From: an uncultured delta proteobacterium
GTDB lineage: Bacteria > Myxococcota_A > Polyangia > Polyangiales > Polyangiaceae
Assembly (NCBI GenBank): GCA_963716725.1
Contig: CAVQUB010000015.1
Location: 224,001 to 288,000 of the forward strand
DNA length: 64,000 nt
Reading direction: 5' to 3'
The position numbers and the translations under genes were made by a program. This document shows, piece after piece, positions 47,538 to 56,534 of this stretch. The notes below the pieces were generated by a model, which was given only the letters and a program-made list of their open reading frames with translations, had not been told where the DNA came from and made no database searches. The stretch's first letter is position 1. The number at the start of each line of letters is the position of its first letter.

Positions 47538-49387
47538 AGAAGGTGCTGCTCACGAACCCTTGCGCGCCCTACGATCTCGGCTGGGGCGAGGACATGATGG
47601 ACTTGCTCGCGTCACGGCTGGCGCGCGGCCACGACATCGCGAACCTGAAGAGCCACCTGCCGGCCTGGGGTCTGTACCTGATCGCCGAGAACATCAAGAA
47701 CCCGGCGACGGTGCTGGAGCACCCGCGCTGGGAAGACTTCTTGAAAGAGCTCGAAAACGGCTACGACGTCATCGGCATCCAGCTCAAGACCATCAACCTC
47801 GAGCGCACCGTGCGCATGGTCGAGGCCATTCAAAAGTACTCGCCGAAATCCGAGATCGTGATCGGCGGCTACGGCGTCTCGGCCCTCGACGCCAAGCTGC
47901 CCGGGGACGTCAACGACTACGCCGGATGGCTCAAGAAGGCGGCGCACCATCTGTGCCGCGAGGAAGGCGTCAAGTTCATGCGGCGCGTGCTGGGCGACGC
48001 GCCCTTCGACCGCCCCATCACCCAGTTCCACATGCCTTATGCGCGCTTTCACCTGCCGGGCATGCGCGCCTTCGATCTGAACATTCCCGCCATCTTGGTC
48101 TCCCTCGGTTGCCCCAACGCCTGCGATTTTTGCAACACCAGCGCGTTCTTCAAGCACAAGAAGATCTACGTGGCCGAGCCCCAAGAGGTCGTGCGCTTCA
48201 TGCGGCACCACAAGCAGAAGCTCGGCGTGGACTCGCTGAACGTGATCCTCTTCGACGAGGACATCTTCCTGAACACCGAGTACGTGCGCGAGCTCGGGCG
48301 CCTGCTCCGGGCCGACCGCGAGCTGTGGGGGATCCGTTGGATCAGCTTCGGCTCGGCCAAGGCCCTGGCGCCCTTCTCCGGCGAAGAGCTGCGCGAGTGC
48401 GGCGTGGGCGGCATTTGGGTCGGCGTCGAGTCGGGCCTGGTCGACGGCGACTGCGGCAAAGAGGGTTTTGCCAAGCGCGACGGCGGCAAGGCGCCGCCCG
48501 AGCTGTTCGATGATCTGCACCGCCACGGCATCGAGACCATTGGATCGATGATCCTGGGCTTCGACTTCCACACGCCGGAGAACATCGAGAAGGACATCGA
48601 CTACTTCGTCGCGCTCAAACCCATGTTCTATCAGGTCGGGCCGCTGACGCCCTGCCCGGGCACCAAGCTCTACGAAGAGTTCACCCGCGACGGCCGGCTC
48701 GAGTCGAACTACAGCTTCCAGCATTTCCATCTCTGGAAGGACGACGGCATCGCCTACAAACACTTCGGCTCGGGCGGCATCAAGCACTGGTTCGACGTGG
48801 CCCACGAGAAGCTGCGCACCATCAACGGCCCGCCGACCTTGCAGTTCGCCGAAATGGGCCTGCGCGCCTACGAGACGCTCCGCAATCACCCGAGCGAGTA
48901 CCTGCGTCACCAGGCAGAGCAGTCGCGCCAGCTCGCGGCGGGCGCCATGCCGCTGGTGCGCGCCATCGGCAAGAACCCGCCGTCTCCCCGGGTGCTGGAG
49001 CGCGTCCGGGAGATCGAAGCCCTGGCCCATCGACTGATGGAGCCAGCGCCCATCGCGCTGCGCGTGGTGGGCAAGGTCGTCGAACTCGTCGCCACGCGAC
49101 AGGCCCAGAACAACGATCGCCTGGAGCGACCGCCGGTGGTCTCCGATCCCGGCGCGCGCTGGAGCTTCTACAACCAGGGCTCGGGCGCTCCCAAGCGACG
49201 CGGCGCCTTCGGCCGCGCTGACAAAGACACCCGGAGCGCGGGCGGCACGAAGACGTCGTGGCCCTTCGCGCGACGGCGCGTCGAGCCCCCGGCCGATCCC
49301 GGGCGCGTGCGCGTCGAGCACGACGACGACGAACACCAGGTCGAGGACCAGAGCGCCAAGAAGAAGCGCCTCGCGGTGGTGGGGTAG
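47534..49387 (+). CDS. Cobalamin-binding-domain radical SAM enzyme
   Basis: N-terminal Rossmann-like B12 domain (GLYLIAENI, YDVIGI, IVIGGYG), SLGCPNACDFC (CX3CX2C), DEDIF, WVGVES, TPCPGT. Confidence 0.88.
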   Translation: MKKVLLTNPCAPYDLGWGEDMMDLLASRLARGHDIANLKSHLPAWGLYLIAENIKNPATVLEHPRWEDFLKELENGYDVIGIQLKTINLERTVRMVEAIQKYSPKSEIVIGGYGVSALDAKLPGDVNDYAGWLKKAAHHLCREEGVKFMRRVLGDAPFDRPITQFHMPYARFHLPGMRAFDLNIPAILVSLGCPNACDFCNTSAFFKHKKIYVAEPQEVVRFMRHHKQKLGVDSLNVILFDEDIFLNTEYVRELGRLLRADRELWGIRWISFGSAKALAPFSGEELRECGVGGIWVGVESGLVDGDCGKEGFAKRDGGKAPPELFDDLHRHGIETIGSMILGFDFHTPENIEKDIDYFVALKPMFYQVGPLTPCPGTKLYEEFTRDGRLESNYSFQHFHLWKDDGIAYKHFGSGGIKHWFDVAHEKLRTINGPPTLQFAEMGLRAYETLRNHPSEYLRHQAEQSRQLAAGAMPLVRAIGKNPPSPRVLERVREIEALAHRLMEPAPIALRVVGKVVELVATRQAQNNDRLERPPVVSDPGARWSFYNQGSGAPKRRGAFGRADKDTRSAGGTKTSWPFARRRVEPPADPGRVRVEHDDDEHQVEDQSAKKKRLAVVG

Positions 49388-49430
49388 GGGCATGACGGGC
49401 GTGACCGCGGCGTCGTGCTAGGAACTGGCC

Positions 49431-50060
49431 ATGACGCTTGCTGTGAGGGCGTTCGCGTTCGTCTCCGCGCTCGTGGTCGTCGCGGCCAGTCGGCCCGCCG
49501 GGGCCTGCTCCTGGGCAGGGCTGCCGCCCTTCGAGCTCGATCCGAAAGAAGAGGCCGTCGACGTCACGCCTCCGTCGGCCATCGGATCGACGACCACCAG
49601 CGTCGAGCGGGGCCGAGGCCCACAGAAGGACGGCTGCGGCACGCGCGGCTCGAGCTGCGACGACATCGGCGTGATCACGCTGCACTTGGGCGAGGCCGCC
49701 GACGACCGAACCCCGGACGCGAGCCTGGGCTATCGCGTCGAGGTCGTGTCGGGCAAGGCGCCCTCCGATCCGAGCTGGCCGACAGCGGCCGTTCGCGCGC
49801 ACGAAGGTCGAGTGCTCTACTTCCACTGGAACGACGGCGGCGACGACGACCAAGAGCCCATCGACCTCACCTTCAGGATCCGCGCCGTGGACCTGGCCGG
49901 CAACGAGGGGCCGCCTCTGGACGTGCGCATTCGCGACGCCGGTTCGAGCGAGGATGGCTGTCGGACGGCGCGGGGGGGCGTGGATCTTTCCTGGGCAGTG
50001 GCCCTGGCGCTGCTCGGGGCTTTGAGGCGCTCGCGGCGCCCGTGGTTCGCCGGGGCGTAG
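49431..50060 (+). CDS. Exported protein with MYXO-CTERM-like C-terminal sorting signal
   Basis: Signal peptide (PAGAC). C-terminus DGCRTARGG...WAVALALLGALRRSRR. Confidence 0.7.
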   Translation: MTLAVRAFAFVSALVVVAASRPAGACSWAGLPPFELDPKEEAVDVTPPSAIGSTTTSVERGRGPQKDGCGTRGSSCDDIGVITLHLGEAADDRTPDASLGYRVEVVSGKAPSDPSWPTAAVRAHEGRVLYFHWNDGGDDDQEPIDLTFRIRAVDLAGNEGPPLDVRIRDAGSSEDGCRTARGGVDLSWAVALALLGALRRSRRPWFAGA

Positions 50061-50061
50061 C

Positions 50062-50391
50062 TCACTCCAGCGTTGGCGCCCTGCAGCCCTCGCGCTCGGC
50101 GGCGTCGTCGAGGCTGCAGCCGGAGACCGCGTCGGACTCGCAGACGTAGGTCAGGCTCTCGCCGCAGCCCGCGGCGGTGAACTGGGTGTCGGAGGTCGTG
50201 GTCACGGTGATGGGCCCGGCGCACTCGAGCTCGCGGGCGGCGCGGCGGGCCACCACGTCGCGCGCGGGGAAGTAGTCCGCGGACTCCCCGGCGCAGCCCT
50301 TGCCCGTGGCCGAAACGGGAAACACGGTCATGCAACCGGTCGCGAGCGCGGCGAGCGCGAGGCTGGACCAGACCGGCGCTCGACGGGTCAC
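50062..50391 (-). CDS. Small Cys-rich lipoprotein
   Basis: LALAALATGC lipobox, RAARELEC...AAGCG...YVC pattern. Confidence 0.7.
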   Translation of the reverse strand: MTRRAPVWSSLALAALATGCMTVFPVSATGKGCAGESADYFPARDVVARRAARELECAGPITVTTTSDTQFTAAGCGESLTYVCESDAVSGCSLDDAAEREGCRAPTLE

Positions 50392-50483
50392 GAGAGACCT
50401 ATAGCAGGGTGGCGCAGGGATAGCGCTTCTCAGGTCGTGGCGCGCCTATTGTCGCGCCGACCGAAGCTCTTTAGGCTCTCCCC

Positions 50484-52076
50484 GTGAGCTACGACTTCGT
50501 GATCATTGGGTCGGGGTTCGGCGGCAGCGTCTCTGCGCTGCGCCTGGTGGAGAAGGGCTACCGCGTGCTGCTCCTGGAGAAGGGCCGCCGCTTCGAGGCC
50601 GCGGACTTTCCCAAGACCAACTGGGATCTGCGCCGTTGGATGTGGGCGCCGGAGCTGGGCATGCGCGGCATCTTCAAGATGTCGTTCTTCCCCCACGTCA
50701 CCGTGGTGCATGGGGTCGGCTACGGGGGCGGCTCGCTGGTCTACGCAAACACGCTGCCCGTTCCGTCGAAGTCGTTCTTCGACGCGAGCTCCTGGGCCCA
50801 CCTCGCAGATTGGCAACGCGAACTCGAACCCCACTACGCGACCGCTCAACGCATGCTCGGCGCTACCGTGAACCCGCATCTGACCCGGATCGATCAGGTC
50901 TTCCGCGAGGTGGCGAGCGATCTCGGCCGCGCCGAGCACTTCCGGCCCGCCACGGTCGGGGTCTACTTCGGTGAGCGAGGCAAGACCGTGCCCGATCCGT
51001 TTTTCGGCGGCGACGGTCCGGAGCGGACCGGCTGCATCCAGTGCGGCGGCTGCATGACCGGCTGTCGCCATGGCGCCAAGAACACGTTGGACCGCAACTA
51101 CCTGTACCTCGCCGAGCGGCGCGGGCTCGAGGTACGTACCGAGGCCGAAGTCGTGCACGTGGAGCCGGTAGAGGGCGACGCGCCGGGCGCCAACGGCTAT
51201 CGCATCGTGACGCGCGAGGGTGCGTCGTCGCGGCAGCAGCGTGCGGAGAGCTACCTAGCGAAACAGGTGATTTTCTCGGGTGGGGTCATGGGCACGGTCG
51301 ATCTGCTCCTGAAGCTCAAGGAAGATCCGAAGGGGCTGCCGCTGCTCTCGGATCGCTTGGGCGATCAGGTGCGCACCAACTCCGAGTCGCTGATCGCCGT
51401 CATCAGCCGGGACCAGAAGCAGGATCTGTCCGAGGGCATCGCCATCAGCTCCATCATCCACACCGACGAGCACTCGCACATCGAGCCTTGTCGCTACGGG
51501 GCGGGTTCGGGTTTCTTCCGGCTATTCATGGCGCCGCATGTTGCGGGTGACTCGCTGCCGTCGCGGCTGCTGCACCTGGTCGGCGTGCTGGCGAAACATC
51601 CGCTGAAGGTGCTCCGGGCAGCCGCTGTGTCCGATCTGGCCAAGCAGAGCATCATCCTGCTCTACATGCGCACGCTCGAGGGTTACATCCGGCTGAAGCG
51701 TGGCCGGTCTCTCACCACGGGCTACCGCGAGGGAATGACCAGCGAGCTGGGCGAGGGCCCGGCGCCCACCGCGTCCATTCCCGAAGCGACCGATCTGGCC
51801 GAGCGCATCGCCGACAAACTCGACGGCTTGCCGAGCGCGATGGTCACCGAGACGCTGCTCGGGATCCCCACCACCGCTCACATCTTGGGCGGCTGCTGCA
51901 TGGGCGACTCGGCGGAGAGCGGCGTCATCGACCGCGACCACCGCGTCTTCGGCTACCCGGGCATGTATGTGATCGATGGCTCGGCGATTTCCGCCAACCC
52001 CGGCGTCAATCCGTCTCTGACCATCACGGCGCTGGCCGAGCGCGCGATGAGCAAGATCCCCGCGGCTCAGCCCTGA
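50484..52076 (+). CDS. GMC oxidoreductase, cholesterol oxidase (ChoD)-like
   Basis: IIGSGFGGSVSALRL, GGGSLVYAN, CIQCGGCMTGCRHGAKNTLD.NYL, TAHILGG, GVNPSLTI. Confidence 0.9.
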   Translation: MSYDFVIIGSGFGGSVSALRLVEKGYRVLLLEKGRRFEAADFPKTNWDLRRWMWAPELGMRGIFKMSFFPHVTVVHGVGYGGGSLVYANTLPVPSKSFFDASSWAHLADWQRELEPHYATAQRMLGATVNPHLTRIDQVFREVASDLGRAEHFRPATVGVYFGERGKTVPDPFFGGDGPERTGCIQCGGCMTGCRHGAKNTLDRNYLYLAERRGLEVRTEAEVVHVEPVEGDAPGANGYRIVTREGASSRQQRAESYLAKQVIFSGGVMGTVDLLLKLKEDPKGLPLLSDRLGDQVRTNSESLIAVISRDQKQDLSEGIAISSIIHTDEHSHIEPCRYGAGSGFFRLFMAPHVAGDSLPSRLLHLVGVLAKHPLKVLRAAAVSDLAKQSIILLYMRTLEGYIRLKRGRSLTTGYREGMTSELGEGPAPTASIPEATDLAERIADKLDGLPSAMVTETLLGIPTTAHILGGCCMGDSAESGVIDRDHRVFGYPGMYVIDGSAISANPGVNPSLTITALAERAMSKIPAAQP

Positions 52077-52084
52077 GCGCAGGC

Positions 52085-53206
52085 TCAGCCAATGAGCCGC
52101 CGGAACCGCTCGAACAGGTAGAGCGCGTCGTGGGGGCCCGCGGCGGCCTCCGGGTGGTACTGCACGCTGAAGGCGCGAACGTCCGGCGCGTCGAGGCCTT
52201 CGCTGGTGCCGTCGTTCAGGTGCACGTGGGTCGAGCGCGCGTGACCCGCGAGGGAGTCGACGTCCACCACGAAGCCGTGGTTCTGCGTGGTGATCTCGAC
52301 GCGGCCGGTGGACAGATCTTTGACCGGTTGGTTCAGCCCGCGGTGGCCGAACTTGAGCTTGTAGGTGCGCCCGCCGAGGGCGAGCGACAAGAGTTGATGC
52401 CCGAGGCAGATGCCGAAGAGCGGCTTCTTGCCCAAGAGCTCCCGGATGGTCGCGATGGCGTAGCTGACGGCGGCCGGATCGCCCGGGCCGCTCGAAAGGA
52501 AGATGCCGTCCGGCGAACGCGCGAGGATGTCGGCGGCGCTGGTGGTCGCGGGCACCGCGGTGACGCGAAACCCGGCGTCGACCAGGCAGCGAAAGATGTT
52601 GCGCTTGGCGCCGAAGTCCATGGCCACCACCAGGGGTCGGTCCTCGCCGGGATCGCGTGGTGGAGTCACTCGCCAGCTGCCGGAGCCTTCCGAGAAATCG
52701 TAGGCGGTCTTCGGCGTCACGCGACTGGCGAGATCGAGCCCCTCCATGCTCGGCGCGCTCCTGGCGCGGTCGACGAGCACGTCCGGCGATTCCGTACCGA
52801 TGCAGCCGTTTTGGGCGCCGCGATCGCGGATCAGCCGCGTCAGCCGCCGGGTGTCGACGCCGCCGATGGCCACCACGCCGTGTCTGGTCAGATAGGCCTC
52901 GAGGGTCTCCTGCGAGCGATAGTTCGAGCTGATGGGGCTCGCGTCGCGCACCACGAAGCCGGCAACCTGGGGCCGGCCCGTGACCGCCTCGTCGTCCTCG
53001 CTGTTGATGCCGGTGTTGCCGATCTGCGGCGCCGTCATCGTGACGAGCTGGCCGGTGTAGCTCGGATCGGTCAGCACCTCTTGGTATCCCGTCATGCCGG
53101 TGGTGAACACCGCTTCCCCGGTGGCGAAACCGTCAGCGCCAAAGGCCTCGCCCTCGAAGAGGGTGCCGTCGGCCAGCGCCAGGTGTGCTCTTCTTTTGCC
53201 GTTCAC
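52085..53206 (-). CDS. carA: Carbamoyl-phosphate synthase small subunit
   Basis: [48 protein letters not shown] 53206 overlaps the pyrC stop. Confidence 0.96.
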   Translation of the reverse strand: MNGKRRAHLALADGTLFEGEAFGADGFATGEAVFTTGMTGYQEVLTDPSYTGQLVTMTAPQIGNTGINSEDDEAVTGRPQVAGFVVRDASPISSNYRSQETLEAYLTRHGVVAIGGVDTRRLTRLIRDRGAQNGCIGTESPDVLVDRARSAPSMEGLDLASRVTPKTAYDFSEGSGSWRVTPPRDPGEDRPLVVAMDFGAKRNIFRCLVDAGFRVTAVPATTSAADILARSPDGIFLSSGPGDPAAVSYAIATIRELLGKKPLFGICLGHQLLSLALGGRTYKLKFGHRGLNQPVKDLSTGRVEITTQNHGFVVDVDSLAGHARSTHVHLNDGTSEGLDAPDVRAFSVQYHPEAAAGPHDALYLFERFRRLIG

Positions 53207-54521
53207 GCCGTCGCCTCCACGCGATCGAAGACCAAGTGTCCGCCGGCAATGGTCGCGAGCACGCGGCCGTGAAGCTCGGCGCTCCAGAACGGGGTGTTGT
53301 CGCTCTTCGAGCGGAGCGAGCCGCGCTGCGGCGTCCAGACGGCCTCGGGATCGATCAAGCACCAGCTCCGCGAGGGCGCCCTCGCGCAGGGTGGGCGCGT
53401 CGAAGCCGGCGATGCGCGCAGGCCGTGTCGAGAGCGCGTCGATCAACCGCCCGAGCGTGAGGCCGTTCTTGCCGACCAAGCCCAAGAGCAGACCGAAGCA
53501 CAGCTCGAGGCCGATCATGCCTGGCTTGGCGTAGGAAAACTCGCAGTCTTTCTCCAGCGAGGTGTGCGGGGCGTGATCGGTGGCGATGGCGTCGATGGTG
53601 CCGTCGGCCAAGGCGGAGCGCAGCGCTTCGATGTCCGCCTCTTCGCGCAGGGGTGGGTTGACCTTGCAGAAGGTGTCGTAGCCAATGACGGACGCGTCGG
53701 TGAGCAGCAGGTGATGCGGTGTGACCTCGGCGCTGACTGCGCAGCCCGCGGCTCTTGGCCTCGCGCAAGAGCCGCACCGTGCCCAGCGTGGAGGCGTGGG
53801 CGACGTGGTAGCGCGCGCCCGTGTACTCCGCGAGCAAGAGGTCGCGGGCAACGATCACGTCCTCGGCCACCCGCGGCCAACCTCGCAGGCCGAGCCGAGC
53901 GCTGACTGCACCCTCGTGCATGTCGGCTCCGGCCGTGAGATCGTGGTCTTCGGCGTGCTGAATGACCGGCAAATCGAAGGTCTTTGCGTATTGAAGCGCG
54001 CTGCGCATGACGGCGCTCGACATCACGCAGACGCCGTCGTCGCTCACCGCGACGGCGCCCGCTTCCCGAAGCTCTGCCATCTCGGTCAGATCTTTGCCCT
54101 TCTGCCCCACGGTGATGGCACCGATGGGATGAAGGCGTGGACCACCCACCTCGGCGGCTCGCCGCAGCATCATCTCGGTGACCGCGCGGGTGTCGTTGAC
54201 CGGCTTGGTGTTGGGCATCACACAGACGTGCGCAAAGCCGCCCGCGGCCGCCGCAGCCAGTCCGCTCCGGATGTCCTCTTTGTATTCCTGACCGGGCTCG
54301 CGCAGGTGTGCGTGCAGATCGACGAAGGCGGGCAGGACCCATTTGCCGGAGCCGTCGATGACTCGGGCGCGCTCGCTGCCCGAAGCCGCGCGTCCGGCAT
54401 CGACACCTAGTCCGGTGATGCGACCGTTTTCGATGACCAGATCGACCTCTGCGTCGAGGTGCCGGCTCGGATCGACGGCCCGAACGCTCTTCACGACCAG
54501 GAGCTCGACGGGGGCGGTCAC
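53203..54521 (-). CDS. pyrC: Dihydroorotase (type I), split by two extra bases at about 53738 and 53356 (probable sequencing errors)
   Basis: [42 protein letters not shown]. Removing two bases yields one ORF whose TGA overlaps the carA GTG. Confidence 0.93.
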
Positions 54522-54581
54522 GGCCGTCGTCCTTAGCACGCTCTGCCGAGGGCTGGGTATGGTGTCGGAGGGCAGGGGAAT

Positions 54582-56105
54582 TTATGCGGCCAGCCGCTCC
54601 GCCGCGAGCCAGGCGAGGGCGGAGATCGTGTGCTGCGGGTTCACGCCCATGTTGGTCGGAAACACGCTGGAGTCGATCAGGTAGAGCCCCGAAAGATCGT
54701 GGGTCTCGAAGCTGGGTTTCACGACGCTGTTGAAGGCCGATCCGCCCATCAGAGCGGTGCCGAAGAGGTGCGCCGCGATGGTGTGGAAGAGTCGCGGATC
54801 GTCCGGGGCCGCGAAGATCGGGTCGAGTTCGTCCACGCTCGAAATCGAGTCTGGCAGCCCGTGCACGCCGGGCAAGACTTGGCGCGCGCCGGCGGCGAAC
54901 ATCATCTCGGTCAGACGGCGAACACCGAGCTTGAGCACGCGGACGTCCGCGTCGGTCATGTCGTACTCGATCTGCGTGCCGCCGAAGAGGCCCGCGCGAA
55001 CCGAGCCGTGGGCCTCGGCGCGTACCTGCACGCCCCACACCGCCAAATGCGCGTAGCTGCCGAGCTCGCGCATCAGCGCGGGACCCAGGCCGGGGAGGCG
55101 CGCCATGGCCAGCTCCGGCGGCATGGCCACCGTCTCGAACTTCATGCGCTCGTCCCAGTAGTGCAGGCTCTCGTAGCCCTGGGTCGCGCCGCGGAACATC
55201 TCGACCGGAGCATCGAAGACGCCGACCACGGCAGTGCCCGGATGGGCCTGCAAGCGCTTGCCCAGCACGCCCGAGCCGACGCCGATGCGGTGCTGGGCGA
55301 GAAAGAGCGGAGATTGAATGGCACTGGCGGCGAGCAGCACTGCGCGCCGGGCGGTCACGCGTAGCTCCGGTCCCCGCTCCCCCGACAGCGGGTCGCGAAA
55401 GCGCCCCACGACGCCGGTCGCGCGACCGTGCTTCTGGATCAGCGACACTGCGGGGCAGGTCGCGTACACGCGCGCTCCGGCGGCCACCGCCCGGGGAATG
55501 TAGGACACGTTCATGCTCTGGCGTCGGGCGGTGGGGCAGCCCTGGTTGCAATGCGCGCTGCCCTCACAGCCGTCGACGTTGCGTCGGATCAGGTTGCCCG
55601 CGATGCCGAGGCGCTCGGTCGCCGTGCGCATCAGCGAGTTATTGCGACCGAGCACCGCCTCGGGCGCAGGCCCGACGAAGAGTTCGCGATCGAGCGTGTC
55701 CCAGATGCGATCGAGTTCGGCGTAGGGCAGCGCGTCGCCGAGGCCGTAATCGTCGCGCCAGCATGCCCAGATCTTCTCGGGCATGCGGTGGATGATGGCG
55801 CCGTTGATGGCCGTGGTGCCGCCGACGCAGCGCCCCTGCAAGACGGGCGTGATGGCCCGGCCGTTTGCCACCTGAAAGCCGAGATCTCGCCAGGCATGCT
55901 TGAAGCTCGACCACATGTCGCTGCGAAGATCTTCGGTGCGAAGGTGGGCGCCTTCTTCGAGCATCACCACATCGAGCCCCGCCGCGGTCAGCACTCGCGC
56001 CGCCGTGGCGCCCGCGGCGCCGGTCCCGATGATGACGACGTCGGCGACGTCGGCGACGCACTTCCGTTCGCGCACTTCCGGGAGTTGCACGATGGCGCCG
56101 CTCAT
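54582..56105 (-). CDS. GMC oxidoreductase (long-chain alcohol oxidase-like)
   Basis: IIGTGAAG, GRCVGGTTAIN, CEGSAHCNQGCP, AHLFGT, DSSVFPT..GVNPQ.TI. Confidence 0.9.
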   Translation of the reverse strand: MSGAIVQLPEVRERKCVADVADVVIIGTGAAGATAARVLTAAGLDVVMLEEGAHLRTEDLRSDMWSSFKHAWRDLGFQVANGRAITPVLQGRCVGGTTAINGAIIHRMPEKIWACWRDDYGLGDALPYAELDRIWDTLDRELFVGPAPEAVLGRNNSLMRTATERLGIAGNLIRRNVDGCEGSAHCNQGCPTARRQSMNVSYIPRAVAAGARVYATCPAVSLIQKHGRATGVVGRFRDPLSGERGPELRVTARRAVLLAASAIQSPLFLAQHRIGVGSGVLGKRLQAHPGTAVVGVFDAPVEMFRGATQGYESLHYWDERMKFETVAMPPELAMARLPGLGPALMRELGSYAHLAVWGVQVRAEAHGSVRAGLFGGTQIEYDMTDADVRVLKLGVRRLTEMMFAAGARQVLPGVHGLPDSISSVDELDPIFAAPDDPRLFHTIAAHLFGTALMGGSAFNSVVKPSFETHDLSGLYLIDSSVFPTNMGVNPQHTISALAWLAAERLAA

Positions 56106-56530
56106 GGCCCTTGTCCGGCGGCCCACTCAGGGGGCTCGGAGTCGCGCACCGCCAGCCCCAGCTTGCGTTGCACCGCGGGCATGCCCGCAAAGCCCAGGGC
56201 GCCCAGCATCTTGAACAAGGTGGGCAGCTCCCGCACCAGGTACACATCGCTGGCGCGGAGCTTCTCCAGCAGCGAGAGGCGGTCTTCTGGAGCGAGGGAC
56301 GGGAAGAGCGCCAGCCTGCCGATCACGAAGAGCGGCGCGAAGGTCAGGAGCCAAATACAAACGCGAGCGCCCACCCTGACTCGGGTTGGGGCGCAGGAGA
56401 GCAGTTCGTCGAGGAAGCTGTCCAGGGGCACTTCGCGCGCGCCGAGCCCGAGGCCGCCGACCGTGCCGCTCGGCAGGATCGTCTCCCAGATAGCCGCCAG
56501 CCAACGTCGCTCGAACGACCACCAGCTCAC
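56102..56530 (-). CDS. Small helical protein coupled to the GMC oxidoreductase (possible partner subunit)
   Basis: Stop overlaps the GMC ATG. FPSLAPEDRLSLLEKL resembles gluconate-dehydrogenase subunit-3-like partners. Confidence 0.6.
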   Translation of the reverse strand: MSWWSFERRWLAAIWETILPSGTVGGLGLGAREVPLDSFLDELLSCAPTRVRVGARVCIWLLTFAPLFVIGRLALFPSLAPEDRLSLLEKLRASDVYLVRELPTLFKMLGALGFAGMPAVQRKLGLAVRDSEPPEWAAGQGP

Positions 56531-56534
56531 GGGC

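Noticed and set aside
52085..53851. Apparent PyrC-CarA fusion (588-aa ORF)
   Set aside because: Artefact of the pyrC frameshifts. Repaired pyrC stops at 53203 and carA starts at 53206.
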